NCBI GenBank assembly: GCA_020628145.1
Contig: JAHDFN010000001.1
Location: forward strand, 3,278 to 67,277
DNA: 64,000 nt
Direction of reading: 5' to 3'
Origin: Saprospiraceae bacterium
Lineage (GTDB): Bacteria; Bacteroidota; Bacteroidia; Chitinophagales; Saprospiraceae
The notes under the pieces were generated by a model. That model was not told the origin of the DNA. It saw only the letters and a list, made by a program, of their open reading frames with translations, and did not search any database. Positions 29,353 through 36,597 of this stretch are shown one piece after another. Every line of letters begins with the position of its first letter. Position 1 is the stretch's first letter. The position numbers and the translations under genes are program-made.

Positions 29353-31030
29353 AGAATTACAACGTAACCTGAGAACGATTCTGGATTATTTTTATCAATG
29401 GGAACAAGAGAAGGCCGATGAGGTTTTCCTTCGTCAGCCCATTGCCGGCATCTGGCACGAACTGACTTGGAGGGAAGTTGGGGATCAAGCCCGTAGGATG
29501 TGTAGTGCATTACAGCAAATGGGATTCCGAAAAGGCGATCATATCGGTATTTTTTCCAAAAACTGTTGCCATTGGTTCATGGCTGATTTGGCTCTGACGA
29601 TGGGCGGATTTGTGAGTACGCCTTTTTATCCCAATCTGAATGCGGAACAACTCGGAGAGGTTTTGAAACTGAGTGATGCCAAGGCACTTTTTGTCGGAAA
29701 ACTGGATGACTGGGCCGGTTCGAAAGATGGTGTTCCGGAGTATCTCCAAATTATAAAGTTCCCACATTACGAAGGAAACGCATTAGTGGATCGAGGGAAG
29801 GAATGGGATGAATTGATCGGCAAGCATGAACCCATCCAAGGAAATCCGGATATGGATTTGGAGGATTTATTTTCCGTTATTTTCACTTCCGGGACAACGG
29901 GTACGCCCAAGGGTGTGATGTTGAAATATAAATGTCCTGCCCTCCTGATGGAAAATGAAAGGATTCACAATACCCTGGGGATTTTTGATGGTAAGCCGCA
30001 TCATTTCCTATCCTATCTTCCCTTGAATCATATTGCCGAAAGGGTAATCGTAGAGGCGGCAAGTATTCTGACAGGTGCGACGGTTTCCTTTGCACAATCC
30101 TTGGATACGTTTGCCAAAAACCTACAAGAAGTGCAACCGACTATTTTCATGTCGGTTCCCCGATTGTGGTCTAAATTCCGTTTGGGTATTTTGGATAAGT
30201 TACCACAAAAAAGATTGGATTTATTATTAAAGGTTCCGTTTATCAATTCCATTATAAAAAATAAAGTGAGGCAGGGTATCGGATTGAGCCGTGCGAGGGT
30301 CGTGCTGACCGGTGCGGCTCCTACGCCGGACATCCTGAAAGATTGGTATAAGCAATTCGACATTATCCTACAGGAAGTGTATGGGATGACGGAAAATTGT
30401 GCGGGTTGTACACTGATGCCCAAAAATGCGGTCAGGGCCGGAACGGTAGGCAAGCCCTTGCCGAACGTGGAAATAAAAACCGATCCGGAGACGGAGGAAA
30501 TCATTATGCGGAATCCGTGGATGATGGAAGGTTATTATAATGCACCTGAAAAGACGAAAGAAGTAATCCAAGATGGTTGGATCCATACCGGCGATCAGGG
30601 ACATCTGGATGAGGATGGGTATTTACACATTACCGGTCGGGTGAAGGATACTTTCAAATCGGCGAAGGGGAAATATATTATTCCGGCTCCATTGGAATGG
30701 AAATTCGCCAAAAATCCTTTTATCGAAAATATTGCCGTTGTGGGTCTTGGAATTCCACAACCGTTGGCCTTAATTAATTTATCCGAAATCGGAACGGCCT
30801 GCGATAAAACAGAAGTGATTAATAATTTAAAGGAACAATTAAACGAAGTCAATAATCAGCTCGTTGCTTATCAGAAAATCAATTCGATTATTGTCGTGGA
30901 AGAACCGTGGACCATTGAGAATAAAATCCTTACACCGACGATGAAAATCAAAAGGAATGAATTGAATAAAAAATACAGTCAACAATATGAAGACTGGTAC
31001 GAAAAAAAGGAGAATGTAATCTGGGTTTGA
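29345..31030 (+). CDS. AMP-dependent synthetase/ligase (long-chain acyl-CoA synthetase-like)
   Basis: 561 aa. AMP-binding motif FTSGTTGTPKGV, plus YGMTE, TGD and a C-terminal PTMKIKR lysine motif. 8-nt overlap with the upstream gene. Confidence 0.85.
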   Translation: MAEELQRNLRTILDYFYQWEQEKADEVFLRQPIAGIWHELTWREVGDQARRMCSALQQMGFRKGDHIGIFSKNCCHWFMADLALTMGGFVSTPFYPNLNAEQLGEVLKLSDAKALFVGKLDDWAGSKDGVPEYLQIIKFPHYEGNALVDRGKEWDELIGKHEPIQGNPDMDLEDLFSVIFTSGTTGTPKGVMLKYKCPALLMENERIHNTLGIFDGKPHHFLSYLPLNHIAERVIVEAASILTGATVSFAQSLDTFAKNLQEVQPTIFMSVPRLWSKFRLGILDKLPQKRLDLLLKVPFINSIIKNKVRQGIGLSRARVVLTGAAPTPDILKDWYKQFDIILQEVYGMTENCAGCTLMPKNAVRAGTVGKPLPNVEIKTDPETEEIIMRNPWMMEGYYNAPEKTKEVIQDGWIHTGDQGHLDEDGYLHITGRVKDTFKSAKGKYIIPAPLEWKFAKNPFIENIAVVGLGIPQPLALINLSEIGTACDKTEVINNLKEQLNEVNNQLVAYQKINSIIVVEEPWTIENKILTPTMKIKRNELNKKYSQQYEDWYEKKENVIWV

Positions 31031-31036
31031 TTATTA

Positions 31037-31843
31037 TCACATCCTATACCCGAAAATATTGACTTGCATATCCATTGCATATTTTCCGGTTTTATCCATA
31101 AATGGTATTCTTCGAGAAGATTCGTTTTCGGTGTAATATCGGAATCCGTTTTTATTGAGTACGGCTAGGATTTTTTCCAAATGTTGTTTTCCTCCATTAA
31201 AGGAATGATATTCGATAAAGATATTTTCCACATGTCCCAATGCATCTTCACAATCCGCAATGACTTCCACTTCGGCCCCTTCTATATCTATTTTCAATAA
31301 ATCGATTTTATTTTCTTTTAAAAGCATTTCCTTTAGGCGGATCGTTTTGACGGTTACGGTATTTTTTCCTTCACTGCCGATTGCTCCTCCGTCTGCTCCT
31401 TCGGATGAAAAATCAAGTGTTCCATTTTCTTTCCAAACCGCAGCATTATGCAAGATGATATCCTCTATTTTATTTTTTGTAATATTTTTCTCCAAATATT
31501 CAAAAACATTTGGATCCGGCTCGAAGGCATGTACTGTAGAACCCGGATATTCTTCCTTGAAAAAAATACAACTTGTCCCTACGTTGGCTCCGCAATCGAA
31601 AATTATAGGTTTTTTATTTTGAGTAGAAAAACGATAACTGTATTTACAGAAAATCTCATGGAACTGCCACACGAATGAAGGCCCGTCAGGTAATTGGAAT
31701 AAATAACCTTTTGCTTTTGTTTTCAAGGGAACATATCTTTTTTTGTCGCCATATTGCAACATCAAACGAATAAATGTCCGATAATTCCGATCTGTCAGAA
31801 AATAATACAAGCCTTTGAAAGTGTGATCCAAAAATGTTTTCAT
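31037..31843 (-). CDS. FkbM family methyltransferase
   Basis: FDCGANVGTS SAM-binding motif, FEP, and LLKIDIEGAEVEV, which is typical of FkbM-type methyltransferases. Confidence 0.8.
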   Translation of the reverse strand: MKTFLDHTFKGLYYFLTDRNYRTFIRLMLQYGDKKRYVPLKTKAKGYLFQLPDGPSFVWQFHEIFCKYSYRFSTQNKKPIIFDCGANVGTSCIFFKEEYPGSTVHAFEPDPNVFEYLEKNITKNKIEDIILHNAAVWKENGTLDFSSEGADGGAIGSEGKNTVTVKTIRLKEMLLKENKIDLLKIDIEGAEVEVIADCEDALGHVENIFIEYHSFNGGKQHLEKILAVLNKNGFRYYTENESSRRIPFMDKTGKYAMDMQVNIFGYRM

Positions 31844-33066
31844 TTTTCCTTTCTTGTATATTTTAATTGATAATGATTATCGGTAACATAATTAAATGCC
31901 TTAATATAGCCTTCCATTACGGTATGGACATTTATTTTTTCTTCTATCCATTTTTCAGCGTTTCGTCCCATTTCCTTTGTCCGTTCCGGATCAGATAACA
32001 TATAATCTATTTTCAGGATCAAATCATTCAAATCACCCTCCTTAAAAAATAAACCATTATGCCCATCTTTAATCAAATGTTTTTCAGTTCCATCACAAAC
32101 CGAACAAATTACCGGTAAACCCCAGGCCATTGTTTCATTTAGTGATAGTCCTCCCATCCCTGCCAATACATACACTGAACAGGATTTGAAGTAACGCCCT
32201 AATAATTCGGGATCGTAAATTGCTCCTAGGAATTTCACATTGGAGTCTAACTTTAAATCGGTTGCCATTTTTTTATACTGTTCCAGTAAGGGGCCTTTTC
32301 CTATGATTAATAATTCAATATCGGAATATTTTTCTTTTAATTGATGAACAGCATTAATTAATAGATCCACTCTTTTCCATTCTACCAAGCGTCCAACATG
32401 AAAAATACGCCTAGGGTTTTCAGGAAGAATCTTCGAGAGATCTTTAATTTTATTCTTTTGTTCTTTAATTAATTCCGTATCTATCGAATTATAGGTGATG
32501 AATATTTTATCCTTCCGTACACCATAGCTCCCAAAAACATCATATGCCTCTTCTACGTAATTGACATGTGCATCGAAAGAACGATACAAGTATCCACTAA
32601 TTCTCTTATAAATATGTGCCGCGATGGTTAAGATAGTTTTTTTTAAAAACCCTCCATCACTTTCTCCTACATAATAACCGACAGCATTTTCGTATTTGGG
32701 TAAGCGGAAAGGAATATCCTTGTAGATTAGTTTTATGTTATGCTCCTTTATTTTTTTTCTTACTCTAAAATCATATAGGAAAGAAAAAGCATAGTAAAAA
32801 ATTGTAACAACAATATCGGGTTTTTCTTTCTCTAATACTTCTTCAAATCCTTCGAAACTGAATTTATACAATGATTTTTTTTGAGGCAAAAAATGACAAC
32901 GGAAATTAATTCCATCTCTAGTTTGATGAACACCTTGCCCGATGGAAGATCCGTCGTTTTGTTTAGGGGCAACGACTACGATTTCCAAGCCTTTAATATT
33001 ATTTAATCTGCTCAAGATTAAATTGTAGTAATGTGGTAATCCGGAAAACATAAACAATACTTTCAT
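31840..33066 (-). CDS. glycosyltransferase family 4 (GT-B, Glycos_transf_1)
   Basis: C-terminal GRLVEWKRVDLL...GGLSLNETMAWGLPVICS...G..G motif set (EX7E region). Confidence 0.8.
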   Translation of the reverse strand: MKVLFMFSGLPHYYNLILSRLNNIKGLEIVVVAPKQNDGSSIGQGVHQTRDGINFRCHFLPQKKSLYKFSFEGFEEVLEKEKPDIVVTIFYYAFSFLYDFRVRKKIKEHNIKLIYKDIPFRLPKYENAVGYYVGESDGGFLKKTILTIAAHIYKRISGYLYRSFDAHVNYVEEAYDVFGSYGVRKDKIFITYNSIDTELIKEQKNKIKDLSKILPENPRRIFHVGRLVEWKRVDLLINAVHQLKEKYSDIELLIIGKGPLLEQYKKMATDLKLDSNVKFLGAIYDPELLGRYFKSCSVYVLAGMGGLSLNETMAWGLPVICSVCDGTEKHLIKDGHNGLFFKEGDLNDLILKIDYMLSDPERTKEMGRNAEKWIEEKINVHTVMEGYIKAFNYVTDNHYQLKYTRKEK

Positions 33067-33741
33067 TTATTTTTCGGATTTTGCAAGTGCATCAATAAAC
33101 GCCAAAGGGTCTTTTACCAAGTGACTGTTTTTTCGTAACGTAATGTCATTGTAATTCCACCATTTACTATTCAATAATTTTTCGATTGTTTTTTCATCGA
33201 ATCGATATTTGATTATTGTCGCCGGTATGCCGGCCACAACAGCATAAGGAGGAACGTCTTTCGTCACAATACTACCCGACGCAATAATGGAGCCATGACC
33301 GACTTTCACTCCTGCCATCACCATTGCAGAACTTCCAATTAAAACATCATGACCAATTATTGTTTTCCCCTTATCCTTAACTTCATCATACATATTTTCT
33401 TTTACTATACCCCGACCTTCCCCATATAATGCAGAATTAGTAGAAATAAAATCATGCGGATGAGGACCTAATCCGATTTTCACATAATGTGAAATAGAAC
33501 AGAATTTACCTATGGATTCTGTAAATGGATCAATCCTGACATGATGATTAAACGAGGTATAATCTCCTATTTTTATTGGAGCAAGAATTTCACAACCTTT
33601 GTTAATTATTATTTTTCTTCCCAACTCTGAAGAACGTGGCACGAAGGAATTAATTTGAGATCCGGGATATTTAAACGGAATGATTAAGATCGTATAAATC
33701 TTTTTCATTAATTCTTTAATATGGAAAATCCAGTATTTCAT
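33067..33741 (-). CDS. hexapeptide-repeat O-acetyltransferase (CatB/xenobiotic acyltransferase-like)
   Basis: Left-handed beta-helix repeats IGHDVLIGSSAMVMAGVKVGHGSIIASGSIV followed by PPYAVVAGIPA. Confidence 0.8.
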   Translation of the reverse strand: MKYWIFHIKELMKKIYTILIIPFKYPGSQINSFVPRSSELGRKIIINKGCEILAPIKIGDYTSFNHHVRIDPFTESIGKFCSISHYVKIGLGPHPHDFISTNSALYGEGRGIVKENMYDEVKDKGKTIIGHDVLIGSSAMVMAGVKVGHGSIIASGSIVTKDVPPYAVVAGIPATIIKYRFDEKTIEKLLNSKWWNYNDITLRKNSHLVKDPLAFIDALAKSEK

Positions 33742-35234
33742 TGAACAACATTTTCCAATTCCAAAATAGATTCCAACTGCCCTTTAATTATTACGTCATC
33801 GGTTTCTATGAATTTTTCCTTTTCCTTTTCAAAGTCAGAAGCAATAATCATAGAAATAATCTCACTAGGTTCCAAAGTATATTTAAAGTGCTTTTTATCA
33901 ATATAATCCCTTAGCGTTTCTTCTCCGTATGGATGAACGATAATCGTATGAATATCGAACAACAATGCCTCATAAGCTACAGTGGACCAAAAAGTAATTT
34001 GGATATCCACTACTTCAAAAAGCTTATACAAATTCAAATCATTCGCCCATCGCAAATCAAAATTACTGCAACCTTTATTTTTCAACAAGGCATCCACTTT
34101 AGATTTATCTGCCATTAATTTAGGATGTAGCCGAATGAACCAAATAAAGTCATCATCCGATAAACGAATCGCTTCAGGCAAAGGGCTTTTTTCGAAATCA
34201 TCGAAATACTGAAGCGAAACCAATATTTTATGTTTTTTATTTTTTATTTTTTCTATAAGAGAACTATCCATTGGAGATTTCTTAAAAATATTTTTCAAGT
34301 AAAAATTCATCCAAGGATTCCCTCCCAAAACAGGGGTATGATTATCCGTCTTGTCCGACCACTTAGCAATCTCCCTTAAATTAGACATACCCCACAACCA
34401 AAAATGAGATGGCAATAGTTCATACCCTTCTTTTGAAACATTTGTCCATCCATTATATTTATAATTGAAGATACTCTGTTCTCCATGTTGCACCTCTATA
34501 CTTTTTATATTTAAGTCCCGACAAGCTAGTATTAATCCCATATGTACTTTTGTATAGTAGCAAATGAAAAAAATCGCCTTTGGGCGTATTTCGGAAAAAC
34601 ATTTTTTAAAATATTTCTTATAAGAAAGAATTAGATTTAAATCCTTGGTTAATTTTTTTAAGGAAGCATTAGTTGAAATGTCTTCTTCTTTTAAGAACGA
34701 TAAGAAGTTAGGCCATTTTTTTATCTTTTTCCTTTCAAATGAAAGGGTGTTTTTTATTCTATTTTGAATTAAAATAGAATAAATAGGTGAATTAATTAGT
34801 CGGGAACGATTGTGTCTAGGGTAGAAAAAAACATCGAAAACAGAATATTCCAAAATGGAATATTTTATTCCTTTCGGAATGTGTACGGAAAGACCATCGG
34901 CATATTTACTAAAATATTTTTCATTGTATTTTTCTCTTCGATTGTATCCTCTAGCGACAAAAAGAATGTCTGCTGATATGTATTGATTGAGATTCCCTTT
35001 GCTGTCCTCCCGCTCCATTTTTCGGGAATTCAATATTTGTTGTATAGGGAATAGGATATTCGATTTGGGTTTAGTCTCGATAGGGGAAGTATTTTCTTTT
35101 TTTATTGATGACGTAGTGAAAGAATAAAGTAATCGCAATAAAGGCCAAATGGAAATTCCTTTATATTCGAGTTCGTGAACAGCGAAGCCGGATTCTATTC
35201 TTTGTAATATTCCTATTCTTTCTTTTTCTGTCAT
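33738..35234 (-). CDS. unknown 498-aa protein; candidate CMP-sugar-dependent glycosyltransferase
   Basis: No TM and no signal peptide. Contains IEVQHGE and FIRLHPK motifs. Placed between the sugar-activation genes and the GT/modification genes, with 4-nt overlaps on both sides. Confidence 0.3.
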   Translation of the reverse strand: MTEKERIGILQRIESGFAVHELEYKGISIWPLLRLLYSFTTSSIKKENTSPIETKPKSNILFPIQQILNSRKMEREDSKGNLNQYISADILFVARGYNRREKYNEKYFSKYADGLSVHIPKGIKYSILEYSVFDVFFYPRHNRSRLINSPIYSILIQNRIKNTLSFERKKIKKWPNFLSFLKEEDISTNASLKKLTKDLNLILSYKKYFKKCFSEIRPKAIFFICYYTKVHMGLILACRDLNIKSIEVQHGEQSIFNYKYNGWTNVSKEGYELLPSHFWLWGMSNLREIAKWSDKTDNHTPVLGGNPWMNFYLKNIFKKSPMDSSLIEKIKNKKHKILVSLQYFDDFEKSPLPEAIRLSDDDFIWFIRLHPKLMADKSKVDALLKNKGCSNFDLRWANDLNLYKLFEVVDIQITFWSTVAYEALLFDIHTIIVHPYGEETLRDYIDKKHFKYTLEPSEIISMIIASDFEKEKEKFIETDDVIIKGQLESILELENVVQ

Positions 35235-35857
35235 AAATATTGGTAAGCTTCTTTAAATCGATCCAAATACTGTTCTCCTTTTCCTTTTAGTCTAGAATTA
35301 TTATAACCCCAAAAAAGCAATCCGTTATCTACCGCACTATCATAATCATTGATTGAATCCCCAATCAGAACACATTCATTCGGATTATAATTATATTTCT
35401 CAAGAATTCCGGCAACCAGTTCTGTTTTCGGAGTAGGCGACCCTTGTACGGTAATAAAATATTTAGCCAAGTCTAATTCCTTACATAAAAAATTCAATTC
35501 CTTCCCATCGGAACCAGAGACAATATGCATCGGAAAATTCCGATATTCTTTTTGGATAAAATCGACGGTTTCCAAAATAAGATTTTTCTTATCCGGCAAT
35601 GCCTTTCGCATAATTACCGAATATTTATCTGCCCATTCATTCACTTCTTTATCCGAAATCGATTCCCCTAAAACATTTTCGTAAAAAAAACGAATTTTCA
35701 CATAGCGGGATAATCCACCATTGATTAAGTGGAAACGAATTAACTCCTCTATTTTTTCTTGAGGAAAGTCTTCGAATATTTTTCTAAATCCTAATTCCCG
35801 AACATCGTTAGAATCTAGAATTACTCCATCGAAATCAAAAAAAATATTTTTTATCAT
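35231..35857 (-). CDS. HAD-IA family phosphatase
   Basis: Motif I FFDFDGVILDS, motif II SGS, and motif IV GDSINDYDSA. Confidence 0.8.
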   Translation of the reverse strand: MIKNIFFDFDGVILDSNDVRELGFRKIFEDFPQEKIEELIRFHLINGGLSRYVKIRFFYENVLGESISDKEVNEWADKYSVIMRKALPDKKNLILETVDFIQKEYRNFPMHIVSGSDGKELNFLCKELDLAKYFITVQGSPTPKTELVAGILEKYNYNPNECVLIGDSINDYDSAVDNGLLFWGYNNSRLKGKGEQYLDRFKEAYQYL

Positions 35858-36597
35858 TTCATTTCTTTTTTCAAAGCATCTTCCACTTTCTGAACATCAG
35901 GTGGGTTATCTACCGCCAAAGAGACCTTGGACATCATCACCATTTTCACCGGTATTTCCAAATCGAAAAAACGCAATATTTCAATATCTTCGAATTCTTC
36001 GAATTCTGCTTTAGTCTGCGTCTCTCCATATGCTTTTAATTCATCATAATTAAATGCATAAATACAAACCTGTTTGAGGTATTCGGGATTTTCATTTTTC
36101 TGTGACTTAATTCCGGGTATGGCCAAACGAGACATATAAATCAGATCATCATTCTTATTCACCAATACTTTTGGAATATTCACATCACCCGGGTTTTCTT
36201 CTTCCGTCAAGGGATACATTCCATTAATGACTTTTCCCGGATATTTTTTTTTCAGTTCCGCTACTCTAATAATATCATCAGGACTGACCATCGGTTCATC
36301 TCCTTGAACATTCACATAAATATCAGCTTCAATTTTTTGTGCTGCCTCCCAAAGCCTATCCGTCCCTGTCAATGCAGAAGATGATGTCATGACAACTTGG
36401 TATCCCGCATTTTCAACAATCGTTGCAATTCTATCATCATCGGTGGCAACAAAAGTATTTCCTTTCCCTAATGCCGCTTCCACTTTTTCACAAACGTGAA
36501 CAACCAAAGGTTTTCCTAAAATATGAACCAAGGGTTTTCCGGGAAACCGGGAAGATTGATAACGGGCAGGAATAATTCCGATAATTTTCATATACAA
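35854..36597 (-). CDS. KdsB-family cytidylyltransferase (CMP-3-deoxy-ulosonate synthetase-like)
   Basis: 247 aa. IIPARYQSSRFPGKPL, VATDD, GTDRL and VNVQGDEPM line up with E. coli KdsB motifs. Confidence 0.8.
   Translation of the reverse strand: MYMKIIGIIPARYQSSRFPGKPLVHILGKPLVVHVCEKVEAALGKGNTFVATDDDRIATIVENAGYQVVMTSSSALTGTDRLWEAAQKIEADIYVNVQGDEPMVSPDDIIRVAELKKKYPGKVINGMYPLTEEENPGDVNIPKVLVNKNDDLIYMSRLAIPGIKSQKNENPEYLKQVCIYAFNYDELKAYGETQTKAEFEEFEDIEILRFFDLEIPVKMVMMSKVSLAVDNPPDVQKVEDALKKEMK

Noticed and set aside
35854-36597. Treating the KdsB-like gene as proof of a novel sugar.
   Set aside because: Its length and motifs are fully compatible with the ordinary housekeeping CMP-Kdo synthetase. 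Only a genome-wide count of kdsA/kdsB/kdsC can decide, so the novelty claim rests on the operon context rather than this gene alone.
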